Source of the DNA: Acidiferrobacteraceae bacterium
GTDB taxonomy: Bacteria > Pseudomonadota > Gammaproteobacteria > HyVt-429
Assembly (NCBI GenBank): GCA_011052015.1
Contig: DRJZ01000149.1
Coordinates: 1-54,301 of the forward strand
Direction of reading: 5' to 3'
DNA: 54,301 bases
Part shown: positions 21,543 through 32,731 of the stretch, in pieces
Position numbering within the stretch: the stretch's first letter is position 1
Layout of the letters: the number at the start of each line of letters is the position of its first letter
Program-made: the position numbers and the translations under genes
Notes under the pieces: generated by a model
Databases searched by the model: none
Told to the model about the DNA's origin: nothing
The model's input: only the letters and a program-made list of their open reading frames with translations

Positions 21543-23855
21543 ATGACCAAGAACCTCATCATCGTCGAGTCACCTGCCAAAACCAAAACCATCAAGAAGT
21601 ACCTCGGCAAAGATTTTAACGCCCTGGCCACCTATGGCCATGTCCGCGATCTCATCCCTAAAACTGGTGCCATCGACACTGAAAATGGGTTTGAAATGAA
21701 GTATGCGGCCATCGACAGAAACAAAAAACATGTCGACGCCATTATCAAGGCGCTTAAAAAATCCGACGTGCTATACCTGGCGACTGATCCCGACCGGGAA
21801 GGTGAGGCCATATCATGGCATCTTTACGAAATGCTAAAAGAGAAGGGTTTGCTGGAAAACAAGGATGTCCATCGAGTAGAATTTTTCGAGCTTACCAAGT
21901 CTGCTATTCAAAAAGCTATAACACAACCGCGCGAGTTATCGGCCAAACTTATTGACGCCCAACAGGCGCGTCGTGCATTAGACTATTTAGTGGGCTTTAA
22001 CCTTTCGCCACTGTTGTGGAAAAAAATCAGGCGTGGTCTATCGGCCGGGCGTGTGCAGAGTCCGGCCTTAAGAATGATCTGCGAGCGCGAAGAAGCGATC
22101 AATAAATTTGAACCTAGAGAGTACTGGACCATCGAAGCTGACCTTAAGGCAGACAAAACCGAGTTCGGCGCCAAGCTCACCTACTTTGATGGCGAGAAAC
22201 TGGATCAATTTGCTATCGGCAACCAAAACCGCGCCGATAAAGTGGAATCTGTGTTAACAAAACAGGCCACTGGAAAACTGACGGTATCCAAGGCCGACAA
22301 GAAAAAACGCAAACGACACCCTGCGCCACCGTTTACCACATCGACCCTGCAACAAGAGGCGGCACGCAAGTTGAGTTACGCGGCACAACGCACCATGCGC
22401 ATTGCCCAACAACTCTATGAAGGCATCGAAATTAACGGTGAAGCGACGGGTTTAATCACCTACATGCGCACTGACTCTGTCAATCTGGCCGCAGAGGCGG
22501 TTAACGAGATTCGCGCATTTATCGAAGAACGTTATGGCAAAGAAAACCTGCCAGATGAACCGCAAACCTATAAAAATAAATCCAAGAATGCCCAAGAGGC
22601 CCATGAGGCAGTACGCCCCACCTCGGTCACCCTGGTACCCGACCAGCTTAAAGACGCACTGAAACCAGAACAACTCAAACTCTACGAACTGATCTGGAAG
22701 CGGGCAGTGGCCTGCCAGATGATCCATGCCACTATGGATACGGTGAGCATCGATTTGACCCCTGGGACGAACGGCAAAAAAGATCACGCCGGTAATATAT
22801 TTCGCGCCACCGGTTCCACCGTAGTTAATCCGGGATTCATGGCGGTCTACCAGGAAGGCAGTGACGACAGCAAACCCGAATCCGATAGCCAAAAAATACT
22901 CCCCCCCATGAAGGAGGGTGACGAAATTGGGTTACAGCTTATCCGCAAAGAACAACATTTCACTGAACCCCCACCCCGATTTAGTGAAGCCAGCCTGGTG
23001 AAGACCCTTGAGGCCCACGGTATCGGTCGACCCTCCACCTATGCGTCTATTATTTCTACCCTGCAAAACAGAGAGTATGTCACTACTGACAGACGCCGGT
23101 TTACGCCAACAGATGTAGGCATGGTCGTCAATAAATTCTTGTCTGGGCATTTTTCAAAATACGTGGATTATGACTTTACTGCAAAGCTTGAAGACGACTT
23201 GGATGCCATTTCCCGCGGCGAACAGGAATGGAGGCCCTTGCTGGAAAAATTCTGGACCGAATTTAAAAAGGAGGTAGATCACAAGGAGGCTACTGTGGAT
23301 AGAAAAGACGTCACCCAGGAAGAAATGGATGAAAACTGTCCGACCTGCGGCGCCAAACTCTCGACCCGTCTTGGCCGCCATGGCAAATTCGTGGGCTGCA
23401 CCGCCTACCCGGAGTGTAAGTACACAAGAAATCTTGACGATGAACCCGGCGCCTCCAACGAACCCGAGGTGGTAGAGGGGCGCCAATGCCCCAAGTGTGA
23501 ATCAAATCTGGTCATCAAGCGAGGCCGTTACGGTAAATTTATCGGTTGTAGTAGCTACCCGGACTGCAAACACATGGAGCCTCTGGAAGCGCCTGAAGAC
23601 ACAGGCGTCACCTGCCCCGAGTGCAAACAAGCCTCCATGCTCAAACGCAAATCCAGATACGGCAAGGTATTTTATTCCTGTGCCCGTTACCCGGATTGTA
23701 AATATGCAGTCTGGAACGAACCCCTGGATGAGCCCTGCCCTGAGTGTCAGCACCCTATCTTAACTTTAAAGACCACCAAGCGCCGGGGAACAGAGAAAGT
23801 CTGTCCACAAAAAGAATGCAAATACGCCGAACAGATCGAGGCGCCGGAGGCCTAA
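21543..23855 (+). CDS. topA: DNA topoisomerase I
   Basis: 770 aa. Toprim N-terminus LIIVESPAKTKTI, DPDREGEAI, active-site region ITYMRTDS. Multiple C-terminal CxxC zinc ribbons. Confidence 0.97.
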   Translation: MTKNLIIVESPAKTKTIKKYLGKDFNALATYGHVRDLIPKTGAIDTENGFEMKYAAIDRNKKHVDAIIKALKKSDVLYLATDPDREGEAISWHLYEMLKEKGLLENKDVHRVEFFELTKSAIQKAITQPRELSAKLIDAQQARRALDYLVGFNLSPLLWKKIRRGLSAGRVQSPALRMICEREEAINKFEPREYWTIEADLKADKTEFGAKLTYFDGEKLDQFAIGNQNRADKVESVLTKQATGKLTVSKADKKKRKRHPAPPFTTSTLQQEAARKLSYAAQRTMRIAQQLYEGIEINGEATGLITYMRTDSVNLAAEAVNEIRAFIEERYGKENLPDEPQTYKNKSKNAQEAHEAVRPTSVTLVPDQLKDALKPEQLKLYELIWKRAVACQMIHATMDTVSIDLTPGTNGKKDHAGNIFRATGSTVVNPGFMAVYQEGSDDSKPESDSQKILPPMKEGDEIGLQLIRKEQHFTEPPPRFSEASLVKTLEAHGIGRPSTYASIISTLQNREYVTTDRRRFTPTDVGMVVNKFLSGHFSKYVDYDFTAKLEDDLDAISRGEQEWRPLLEKFWTEFKKEVDHKEATVDRKDVTQEEMDENCPTCGAKLSTRLGRHGKFVGCTAYPECKYTRNLDDEPGASNEPEVVEGRQCPKCESNLVIKRGRYGKFIGCSSYPDCKHMEPLEAPEDTGVTCPECKQASMLKRKSRYGKVFYSCARYPDCKYAVWNEPLDEPCPECQHPILTLKTTKRRGTEKVCPQKECKYAEQIEAPEA

Positions 23856-23866
23856 CCGCACCCATT

Positions 23867-26404
23867 TTAGAACAGACCTTCTGGTATCGCCTTGTCCGGC
23901 GCAACAACAACCGGCGGGGCAACGGTGGTTTCATCTCCGCTCTCTATATCTTCCGCCCTGGCTATGCCAACAATAAAATACTCTCGGTAACCGATAGGAT
24001 CATCGTCTGTAGTGGGTTGGCCTGTATCCATGTTGATTTGTGCGCTGGTAATGCCACGCGGTGGAATTCGCGGCTCTTCCAGCGTCCCCGCCAACGCCAC
24101 GCGCATGTAATCTATCCAAATCGGTAGCGCTGCCCGGCCACCGGCCTCACCACGGCCCAAAGACCTGGGCTGATCGAAACCCACCCATACGGTTGTAACC
24201 AAGCCACGATTAAACCCTGAGAACCAAGCATCGCGAAAATCATTGGTGGTGCCCGTTTTGCCAGCCAAATCCTTGCGTTTTAACACCAAGGCGCGACGCC
24301 CGGTACCCACCTTGATGACGTCTTGCAACATGCTGGTCATGATATAGGCATTTTCAGCGCTGATAGCCCGCTTCGCATAGCGTGGCCTTTTCTGTTGGGC
24401 GGGCTCTACCAATTTACCTTCGGGTTTTGCTCCTCGTCGCTTGTCCCCAGCATTAGTATCTAACTCCGTTAGCTCTGTTTGCTCATCAGATGATTCATTC
24501 CTAACCGTAACTTTTGGCTCTTCGGCCTTTTCGGACACGCAGGTCGCGCAAACAATGGTGGGATTGGCGCGCTCAACAATGTCGCCGGCGCCATTTTCTA
24601 CGCGCTGAATGACATAGGGTTCTATAAGAAACCCACCGTTAGCAAATACGGCAAAACCAGATACCACCTCCATAGGTGTAAGCGAGGCCGTGCCCAATGC
24701 CAAAGACAGATTTTTCGGCAGACGTTCTTCATCAAAACCAAACCGCTGGAGATATTTTACAGTAAACTCTGGCCCAAGCGACCGCAACAGACGCACGGAT
24801 ACCAGGTTTAAGGATAAGGTCAACGCCCGGCGCAGGCGGGTTGGACCGAAAAACTTACCACTATAATTTTCTGGGCGCCACACACCCTCCAGCTGAACAT
24901 CCGGCACTACGATAGGCGCACCGCTTACCCGGCTGGCAGCAGTAAATCCCTTCTCCAGAGCTGCGGAGTAAATAAAGGGCTTGATATTCGACCCAGGTTG
25001 CCGTCGTGCCTGTATCACCCGGTTAAACTTGCTATCAAAAAAATCAAACCCGCCACTCAGGGCGACCACCCGGCCATCCTGTGGTTCTATCGACACGATT
25101 GCGCCACTGACTCCAGGGACTTGAGCCAACCACCATTCATCCTGTCCTGCTTTATCAGCTCGTTTCTCGGCATAGATGACATCGCCCACACGCAAAATAT
25201 CTGTAACCCGTTTTGGGTTAGGCCCTTTACTGTTTCCGCTGATGTAAGGGCGTGCCCATTTTAGTCCTTCCCATTCCAGGCTGATGGTCTGTCCCTGACC
25301 GATATAGGCCTGTAAGGTCTCGGCGTGGGTGACCATCACAATGGCGGGTACCAAATGGGCAGACCGGGATACTTTGGCCAGAACCTTGTCGAGCAAAATG
25401 GGGTCGGCTGCCTCACCAATTTGCACTCGCCTTAGGGGCCCACGATAACCGTGACGCCGCTCATAGGCCATCAGTCCATCACGCAGCGCAACATCGGCGG
25501 CCCGCTGGCGAGTGGCGTCTATGGTGGTGTATACCCTGTAGCCCCCGCCATAGGCCATATCACCATATTTGCGCACCATATAGTGCCGTACCATCTCGGC
25601 CACATAGGGGGCCGAAACCTCGATCGCCGCCCGATGTTTAGTTGCAGTCAACGCCGACAGCCGGGCTTGGCTATGAATTTTCTCGTCAATAAATCCCAGC
25701 TTATACATTCTGTCGAGGACATAGTTGCGCCGTGCCTTGGCATTTTCCGGGTTGCTCAGGGGATTATTTCTTGACGGCGCCTTGGGCAAACCTGCCAACA
25801 TGGCCATTTGCGGCAGTGTCAGCTCTGTCAGGGGATGGCCATAGTACATATGGGCAGCGGCGGCGAAACCGTAGGAACGGTGACCCAGGAATATTTTATT
25901 GAGATACAACTCAAGTATCTGATTCTTCTCCAGTTCCTGTTCGATCTTAAACGCCAACAAGATTTCCTTTATCTTTCGGGTATAGGTCTTTTCCGGGCTT
26001 AGAAAATAGTTTCGCGCCACCTGCATGGTGATCGTGCTCGCCCCTTGACCGTGCCCACCGCTACGTAGATTAGCGATAGCGGCGCGTATAATGCCCAGAA
26101 AATCCACGCCCTGGTGCACATAGAAAGAATCGTCTTCTGCAGCCAGCACCGCCTTGATTAACAGGGTCGGTACTTCTTCGGTGTGGACGGGCACCCGTCG
26201 CTCCTCGCCAAATTCCGCCATCAATTCACCCCTGGCGGTATAGACTCGCAGGGGCACCTTGAGTTGTATATCCCTCAATGTCTCGACTGCGGGTAGAGAT
26301 GGGGAGACCACCAGGGCCACCACCGCCAAACCCAGGAGCCCGGTGACCACCAAACCCAACACCCCAGTAAGCAGGTTAATAGGAGAAATGCTTAACTTTT
26401 TCAT
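23867..26404 (-). CDS. mrcA: Penicillin-binding protein 1A (bifunctional transglycosylase/transpeptidase)
   Basis: 845 aa. GT51 motifs EDDSFYVHQGVD, GASTITMQ, RKIKE. Transpeptidase motifs SNIKP, SLN, KTGTTND. Confidence 0.95.
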   Translation of the reverse strand: MKKLSISPINLLTGVLGLVVTGLLGLAVVALVVSPSLPAVETLRDIQLKVPLRVYTARGELMAEFGEERRVPVHTEEVPTLLIKAVLAAEDDSFYVHQGVDFLGIIRAAIANLRSGGHGQGASTITMQVARNYFLSPEKTYTRKIKEILLAFKIEQELEKNQILELYLNKIFLGHRSYGFAAAAHMYYGHPLTELTLPQMAMLAGLPKAPSRNNPLSNPENAKARRNYVLDRMYKLGFIDEKIHSQARLSALTATKHRAAIEVSAPYVAEMVRHYMVRKYGDMAYGGGYRVYTTIDATRQRAADVALRDGLMAYERRHGYRGPLRRVQIGEAADPILLDKVLAKVSRSAHLVPAIVMVTHAETLQAYIGQGQTISLEWEGLKWARPYISGNSKGPNPKRVTDILRVGDVIYAEKRADKAGQDEWWLAQVPGVSGAIVSIEPQDGRVVALSGGFDFFDSKFNRVIQARRQPGSNIKPFIYSAALEKGFTAASRVSGAPIVVPDVQLEGVWRPENYSGKFFGPTRLRRALTLSLNLVSVRLLRSLGPEFTVKYLQRFGFDEERLPKNLSLALGTASLTPMEVVSGFAVFANGGFLIEPYVIQRVENGAGDIVERANPTIVCATCVSEKAEEPKVTVRNESSDEQTELTELDTNAGDKRRGAKPEGKLVEPAQQKRPRYAKRAISAENAYIMTSMLQDVIKVGTGRRALVLKRKDLAGKTGTTNDFRDAWFSGFNRGLVTTVWVGFDQPRSLGRGEAGGRAALPIWIDYMRVALAGTLEEPRIPPRGITSAQINMDTGQPTTDDDPIGYREYFIVGIARAEDIESGDETTVAPPVVVAPDKAIPEGLF

Positions 26405-26583
26405 ATAGTTATGAAACCTTACGATAAAAATCGGATAGACCGCCGGTCGGATTTTATAGGAATTTCACCCGCTACACCCAAAAAGTCTGTTGTGTTTTAG
26501 ATTTGTTATCGACTATAGTTGCGATTGCATTTAAACCAAGTTGGGATATTATGCCTGTAACCATCAGAAAGTAGGCGACTTTT

Positions 26584-27648
26584 TTGGAAATTTTTGCCAA
26601 AAAACAACAATCCATCGTAGGTGTGGATATCAGTTCCTCTGCGGTCAAGGTCCTTGAGCTCAGCAAGAGCGGCGACCACTACCGGGTGGAACGCTATACT
26701 GTGGACCCGCTGCCCCAAAATGCAGTGGTGGAAAACGCCATTACTGACGTCGATCAGGTTGGCCATGCTGTGGAGCGTGCTATCAAACGTTCGGGCACCC
26801 GCTGCAAGCACGCCGCCGTGGCGGTCGCCGCCTCCCATGTGATCACCAAGACCATCACCATGACCTCAGGGCTGAACGAGTCAGAACTCGAAACTCAGAT
26901 TGAGCTGGAAGCTGACCACTATATCCCCTACCCCCTGGATGAGGTCAACCTGGATTTCGAGGTCATTGGCCCGTCTGGGTCTGACCCCAACCAGGATGAA
27001 GTGCTCATCTCCGCTTGCCGCAAGGAAATCGTAGACGATTATATTGCGGTGATAGAACAGGCGGGCCTCGCCCCAGCGGTCGTGGACGTAGAATCCTACG
27101 CCATGGAAAGCGCCTACACCCTCATTGCCAAACATCTTCCTGGTGGTGGCATGGAAAAGACCATTGCCATTCTCGATTTTGGCGCCACCACCATGCACAT
27201 GAATGTGATGCATAACAATCGATCAATTTACACCCGTGACCACGCCTTCGGTGGCAAACAGTTAACCGAGGAAATTCAGCGCCGCTACGGCCTGTCCTAT
27301 GCTGAGGCGGGTCTGGCCAAGAAGGTAGGGGGGCTACCGGACAACTACCAAACCGACATCCTCCACCCTTTTATGGAGGCCATGTGCCAGGAAACTACCC
27401 GGGCGCTGCAGTTCTTTTACTCATCGAGCCAATTTAGTAGCGTAGACCAGGTCTTGATAGCGGGCGGCTGCGCCCAGATATTGGGCGTAGACGAGTTGAT
27501 CGCCAATCGGGCGGGAATCCACGCGTCAGTAGCCAACCCATTTACCAGCATGTCACTGGCGTCCCGAATCAAACCCCAATCCCTAAGCGGTGATGCACCC
27601 TCTTTAATGGTGGCATGCGGCTTGGCGATGCGGAGTTTTGAGCAATGA
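26584..27648 (+). CDS. pilM: Type IV pilus assembly protein PilM
   Basis: 354 aa (TTG start in the track). Actin-like ATPase fold motifs VGVDISSSAVKVLEL, LDFGATT. First gene of pilMNOPQ. Confidence 0.93.
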   Translation: MEIFAKKQQSIVGVDISSSAVKVLELSKSGDHYRVERYTVDPLPQNAVVENAITDVDQVGHAVERAIKRSGTRCKHAAVAVAASHVITKTITMTSGLNESELETQIELEADHYIPYPLDEVNLDFEVIGPSGSDPNQDEVLISACRKEIVDDYIAVIEQAGLAPAVVDVESYAMESAYTLIAKHLPGGGMEKTIAILDFGATTMHMNVMHNNRSIYTRDHAFGGKQLTEEIQRRYGLSYAEAGLAKKVGGLPDNYQTDILHPFMEAMCQETTRALQFFYSSSQFSSVDQVLIAGGCAQILGVDELIANRAGIHASVANPFTSMSLASRIKPQSLSGDAPSLMVACGLAMRSFEQ

Positions 27649-28217
27649 CGAAGATCAATCTCCTACCCTGGCGTGAAATGCGTCGCCGCCAGCTGGACCT
27701 TCAGGTCCTGCGAGGCAGTTTCTTTGCCTGGGCTTTGATGGGGCTCTTGGCCCTTTATGTCAATCTTCACCTCAACGGAAAGATCAGTGCGCAAAATGTC
27801 AGGAACGACTACATCCAGAAAGAGATAGGAAAACTGGAGGATCAGATCAAGGAAATCAAGGAATTAAAAAAGAAGCGCGCCGACCTCATCTCACGCATGG
27901 ACGTCATCCAACGCCTGCAAGGTGATCGTACGCGAATAGTCCATATCTTCGATGACCTTGTCAGAAAACTGCCTGAGGGAGTGTACCTTACCGGGTTTAA
28001 GAAAAAAGGAACAACAATTAACTTAACGGGTATAGCTCAATCAAACGGTCGCATTTCTCTCTTTATGCGCCAACTTGATGCATCAGAGTGGTATACCAAC
28101 CCACGGCTTCAGGTTATCAATATCACCCAAGATGGCGGTCTACGTGTCAGCAAGTTCACGCTTCAGGCTACCCTGGCACAGAAGAAGACCATTTTGGCCG
28201 ATGAGAGCATAAACTAA
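27645..28217 (+). CDS. pilN: Type IV pilus assembly protein PilN
   Basis: 190 aa. INLLPWRE N-terminus, single TM. ATGA overlap with pilM. Confidence 0.9.
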   Translation: MTKINLLPWREMRRRQLDLQVLRGSFFAWALMGLLALYVNLHLNGKISAQNVRNDYIQKEIGKLEDQIKEIKELKKKRADLISRMDVIQRLQGDRTRIVHIFDDLVRKLPEGVYLTGFKKKGTTINLTGIAQSNGRISLFMRQLDASEWYTNPRLQVINITQDGGLRVSKFTLQATLAQKKTILADESIN

Positions 28218-28223
28218 ACTGTT

Positions 28224-28850
28224 ATGTTAGCCGACGACCTAAAAAATCTAGACATAAACGATATCGCTTCGTGGCCCATACCTATAAAAATAATAGGTAC
28301 CGTTATAGTGTCGGCGTTGATTCTTGCTCTCGGCTACTGGTTTTTTATTCAAGATCAACTGGACACCCTTGATAAAGCCGAGCGCAAGGAGCAAGCACTT
28401 CGTGCCAACTTTTTGACGAAAAAGGCCCTGGCAATCAATCTACCGGCCTACAGGAAACAAATGGCCGACATGGAAGAAGACTTTGGAGTCATGCTACGCC
28501 AGCTTCCCAACAAAACTGAGATTCCAGAACTGCTGATCGATATCACCCAAGCGGGCCTAAGCCGGGGCTTGAAATTTGAACTCGTTAAACCCGGCACAAA
28601 GATCTATTCGGATTTTTACGCAACACTCCCAATCGACCTAAATGTAGTGGGCACCTACCATGAGCTGGGCCAATTCGTTAGCGATCTGGCCGCCTTGCCG
28701 CGCATTGTTTCGTTGGGCAATATCGATATTACACCGGTAAAAAATAAGCTTTCCATGAAAACAATTGCACTCACTTACCACTATCTGGATGAAGAGGAAA
28801 TCGCCGCGCAATCTGCTACAAAAAACAAGAAAAAGCGTAGGCGTAGATAA
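28224..28850 (+). CDS. pilO: Type IV pilus assembly protein PilO
   Basis: 208 aa, single TM plus coiled coil, operon position. Basic C-terminal tail KNKKKRRRR. Confidence 0.9.
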   Translation: MLADDLKNLDINDIASWPIPIKIIGTVIVSALILALGYWFFIQDQLDTLDKAERKEQALRANFLTKKALAINLPAYRKQMADMEEDFGVMLRQLPNKTEIPELLIDITQAGLSRGLKFELVKPGTKIYSDFYATLPIDLNVVGTYHELGQFVSDLAALPRIVSLGNIDITPVKNKLSMKTIALTYHYLDEEEIAAQSATKNKKKRRRR

Positions 28851-28856
28851 CGCATT

Positions 28857-29381
28857 ATGCGTGGCATAAAAAAATATCTTGTAATCATCATCAGCTTGAT
28901 CCTGGCCGGTTGTGGTGGCGCCAATGTCGATGATCTGCGCGAATTCACCAAAAATGCACACAAAGGCAAAAAGCCCAGGGTTGAACCTTTACCACTCTTT
29001 CAACCACAGGCAGGTTTTGCCTACACGGCATCGGACCTGACAGATCCTTTTTCACCCACTAATCTGCGTCCTGTAAAGGCACCACTAGGCGCCAGCCACG
29101 GCGACAAGTCACCCGACCCCCATCGGCGTAAAGAACCACTGGAGTCTTATCCCTTGGACTCCCTGGCCATGGTTGGAACATTGGGAAGGAACAACCAGAC
29201 CTGGGTCATCGTTCGGGCGCCAGACGGTAGCGTTCACCATGCCCATATGGGTAACTATATCGGTGAAAACTATGGACGAATTATAGGGCTATCAGATTCC
29301 AGAATTAAAATTATGGAGCTCGTGCTGGACCAAAGTGGTAGATGGGTGGAACGGGAGACGGGTCTAGCCGTCGTTGACTAG
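28857..29381 (+). CDS. pilP: Type IV pilus assembly lipoprotein PilP
   Basis: 174 aa. Lipobox LILAGC. Operon position. Confidence 0.85.
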   Translation: MRGIKKYLVIIISLILAGCGGANVDDLREFTKNAHKGKKPRVEPLPLFQPQAGFAYTASDLTDPFSPTNLRPVKAPLGASHGDKSPDPHRRKEPLESYPLDSLAMVGTLGRNNQTWVIVRAPDGSVHHAHMGNYIGENYGRIIGLSDSRIKIMELVLDQSGRWVERETGLAVVD

Positions 29382-29399
29382 CGATAGGGGCAAATAATT

Positions 29400-32054
29400 A
29401 TGAACACTTCACATAGAAGAACACAAACAATGAAAGTGACCGATAAATCACTGTTCATTTTTATCGGACTATTTTTTTTCTCCCTTAGCTCTTCGGCAGC
29501 CACCTTAAAAACGCTTTCATGGCAAGAAGGGGAGGGGCAACCAACGCTACGGGTAGCCGTGGATGGCAAGGCCACATTCTCTACCAGTGAGTTACAGGGC
29601 GGTCAACGACTACGCGTTACCCTCGAAAACACCAAGCTTCCCAACAACCCGTTAAATATCGGCAGCAAAGGAATTGTAAAAAGCGTGGCTCCCTTTGCTA
29701 GCGATGACGGTCGTTCGGTTCATATTGATATATTGGTCAGCGAACCGAGCAGATTAGAAGTCAATCGCCGGAAAAATATTTATCTCTTGGTTATCAAGCC
29801 AATAAATGCGCCATCTACCACCCCTTCTACCCATGCTCATGATGCACCCAAAACGGTTGCTTCTAATGCCTACAGCCATGTTAAACCCAACCCGATTTCT
29901 TCAGCCCCTACTAAAGATCATTCGCCATCAAACATATTAAAGAACATTAAGTTCGACACACTGTCTGGAGGGCGTGTACTGATAAAGCTCAACATGACCC
30001 ACCAGCCTGCGGAACCAGGTAGTTTTAGTATTAACAAACCCGCTCGTATAGCACTGGACTTTTTTGATACTCAAAGTAGTTTTGGGAGCAAGACTATACC
30101 AGTAGAATTGGGTGTCGTAGAAACGATATCAGCAATTGAAAGTCAAGGACGTACGCGCATCGTGCTCAATCTCCTGACACCGGTGGGATACAAAACCAAA
30201 ATAGAACCCGATGGATTGGTTATAACGATTGATGGCTCTACAAACAAGGCCAATCAACCGGTCAAAAAAACAGGGACGGTCAATTTTGCCAAACCCACGT
30301 CTGATGGTTCTCACACCCTGGAGGGTGTGGACTTTCGGCGCGGCGCTAAGGGAGAGGGCAAGGTGATCATTAATCTCTCCGACGATACCACTGGAATCGA
30401 TATTAAAGAGCAAAGTGGTGAGATTGTCATCGACTTGTTGAACACCAATTTGCCGGACAAACTGGAGCGCCGACTGGATGTTGTCGATTTCGCAACACCG
30501 GTGCGGACCATTGACACGTTTCGTTTCAAAAATAGCACCCGCCTGATCATACAGGCTAGTGGAAGATTTGATCACCTGGCCTATCAGTCAGGAAACGTGC
30601 TCACCATCGAAGTTAAACCCTTTGGTAAGGAAGAGGAAGAAAAGCGCAAAGCGGATGAATTTGGTTACTATGGTGAGACTTTGTCACTCAATTTTCAAAA
30701 CATCGAAGTACGGGCTGCCCTGCGTGTCATTGCCGATTTTACTGGCCTCAATTTTGTCACCAGTGACACCGTTAAAGGTACATTGACACTACGACTCAAA
30801 GACGTCCCCTGGGATCAAGCGCTGGATATCATTTTGAGCGCAAAGGGTTTGGCTAAACGCGCCAAAGGAAATGTAATCTGGGTCGCACCGGCAGAAGAAA
30901 TTGCCGAAAAGGAAAAGATTGCACTCAAGGCCAGCAAGGCGGTGGCGGATTTGGAACCCTTGGTCAGTGAGTTGATACTGATCAACTATGCCAAGGCAAG
31001 CGACATCGCTGAACTTCTTAAATCGGTAAAATCGATATTGCCTCAAGACGCCAGTGCCGGCAACCTTACAACTATCTCAGTTGAAAGTTTTGAGACTGTC
31101 TCAAACAGCCTGCTTTCACCTCGCGGTAACGTCACTGTCGATGCCCGCACCAATTCACTTCTGGTCCAGGATACCCGGGCACAGATACGGTCGGTGAAAA
31201 AACTTATCGCCAAATTAGATAGGCCGGTAGAGCAAGTGATGATCGAAACCCGCATTGTCGAGGCCAGCGATGATTTTAGCCGCTCCATAGGCGCCCGGTT
31301 TGGTATAACCAATCGCAACCGCTCACTCAATATCCCGGGTTCTCCCGGGACAAATGCCGGCGACGCCGTGCTCACGGGCCAATTGGAAAACGCTACCGAC
31401 ATCTATAATGAAGACACCTATCTGATCAATGGCGCGGGGCTCAACGTCAATCTCCCCTCTCCTGGTGTTGATGGCGACCCTGCGGGATCCATCGCCTTTA
31501 CCCTGTTCAAGATTGCATCGACCCATTTGCTGGCCCTGGAATTGAGCGCCCTGGAATCTGAAGGCCGCGGTAAGATCATCGCCAGCCCGCGCCTAGTCAC
31601 CGCTAACGATAAGGAGGCCCGCATCGAACAAGGCGAGGAGCGCGTTGTAATATCCACAAGTTCATTGGGTGGCACTACGGCCGCTTCAGGTAGCTCCACC
31701 AGATTTACAGTTATCGAAGCCAAGCTCAGTCTCACTGTGACCCCACACATCACACCGGATGACAGCGTTATCCTTGATGTAAACATCACTAAGGATAATT
31801 TCAATACCCCCACGGGTCCCGCCAAAGACACCAAATCCATCAAAACCCAGGTCCTGCTCAACAATGGCGAGACCGTAGTCATTGGTGGTATTTATCAACA
31901 AGAAATGGTGAATACTAATAAGAAGATCCCATTGCTGGGCGACATCCCTATTCTGGGCAACTTCTTTAGGAAAAAAGAGAAGCTCGACAATAAGGTGGAG
32001 CTGTTAATATTCCTAACCCCTCGGATCCTGGCGCAAGAACTAAAGTCCCGTTAA
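29400..32054 (+). CDS. pilQ: Type IV pilus secretin PilQ
   Basis: 884 aa. Two AMIN-like N-terminal modules separated by a Pro/Ser/Thr/His-rich linker. Secretin core with the C-terminal IPLLGDIPILGNFF motif. Confidence 0.93.
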   Translation: MNTSHRRTQTMKVTDKSLFIFIGLFFFSLSSSAATLKTLSWQEGEGQPTLRVAVDGKATFSTSELQGGQRLRVTLENTKLPNNPLNIGSKGIVKSVAPFASDDGRSVHIDILVSEPSRLEVNRRKNIYLLVIKPINAPSTTPSTHAHDAPKTVASNAYSHVKPNPISSAPTKDHSPSNILKNIKFDTLSGGRVLIKLNMTHQPAEPGSFSINKPARIALDFFDTQSSFGSKTIPVELGVVETISAIESQGRTRIVLNLLTPVGYKTKIEPDGLVITIDGSTNKANQPVKKTGTVNFAKPTSDGSHTLEGVDFRRGAKGEGKVIINLSDDTTGIDIKEQSGEIVIDLLNTNLPDKLERRLDVVDFATPVRTIDTFRFKNSTRLIIQASGRFDHLAYQSGNVLTIEVKPFGKEEEEKRKADEFGYYGETLSLNFQNIEVRAALRVIADFTGLNFVTSDTVKGTLTLRLKDVPWDQALDIILSAKGLAKRAKGNVIWVAPAEEIAEKEKIALKASKAVADLEPLVSELILINYAKASDIAELLKSVKSILPQDASAGNLTTISVESFETVSNSLLSPRGNVTVDARTNSLLVQDTRAQIRSVKKLIAKLDRPVEQVMIETRIVEASDDFSRSIGARFGITNRNRSLNIPGSPGTNAGDAVLTGQLENATDIYNEDTYLINGAGLNVNLPSPGVDGDPAGSIAFTLFKIASTHLLALELSALESEGRGKIIASPRLVTANDKEARIEQGEERVVISTSSLGGTTAASGSSTRFTVIEAKLSLTVTPHITPDDSVILDVNITKDNFNTPTGPAKDTKSIKTQVLLNNGETVVIGGIYQQEMVNTNKKIPLLGDIPILGNFFRKKEKLDNKVELLIFLTPRILAQELKSR

Positions 32055-32218
32055 CAGGCAACCTGGGCCAGTGTGGACCTACACCATCGCCATTAACAAG
32101 GCATGCTGATACCGTTTACTTTTGGCTTTCTACTAATGGGCAACTTTAGTGAGTCCGCGCAGCGCGCAGTATAGAGGCCCTGTGAATATTCCACTGATGT
32201 TGCACTAAATCATTGCTA

Positions 32219-32731
32219 ATGTCCGAAAGCATCTTCCTCATCGGCCCCATGGGCGCTGGTAAAACCACCATCGGCCGGCAACTGGCCAAGATACTGGACA
32301 TGCACTTTATTGACTGTGATCACGCCATTGAGGAGCACACAGGTGTCAAAATTCCCGTCATCTTTGAGATTGAGGGCGAATCTGGGTTCCGTAAAAGGGA
32401 GTCCGCCATGTTGGACGAACTCACCGCCAAACCCAATATCGTGCTCGCAACCGGTGGTGGCGTGATCCTTTCTGAAGCCAATCGGCGGCTATTGCGCAGC
32501 CGCGGACATGTGGTATACCTGCAAACATCTGTGAATACCCAACTGGAAAGAACGCGCAACAGCCGCAATCGCCCCCTACTTGATACCGATGACCGCCGCG
32601 CTCGACTCGAGGAAATTATGCGATTACGAGAGCCCCTCTACCGCCAGGAGGCGGATCTGATCATCGATACGGAAGGTCGTTCTCCTACCCGGGCCGCCCA
32701 AAAAATCGTGGAAAAGATTAATACAAAGTGA
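32219..32731 (+). CDS. aroK: Shikimate kinase
   Basis: ATG at 32219 gives [17 protein letters not shown] (Walker A). LATGGG motif. Confidence 0.95.
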   Translation: MSESIFLIGPMGAGKTTIGRQLAKILDMHFIDCDHAIEEHTGVKIPVIFEIEGESGFRKRESAMLDELTAKPNIVLATGGGVILSEANRRLLRSRGHVVYLQTSVNTQLERTRNSRNRPLLDTDDRRARLEEIMRLREPLYRQEADLIIDTEGRSPTRAAQKIVEKINTK

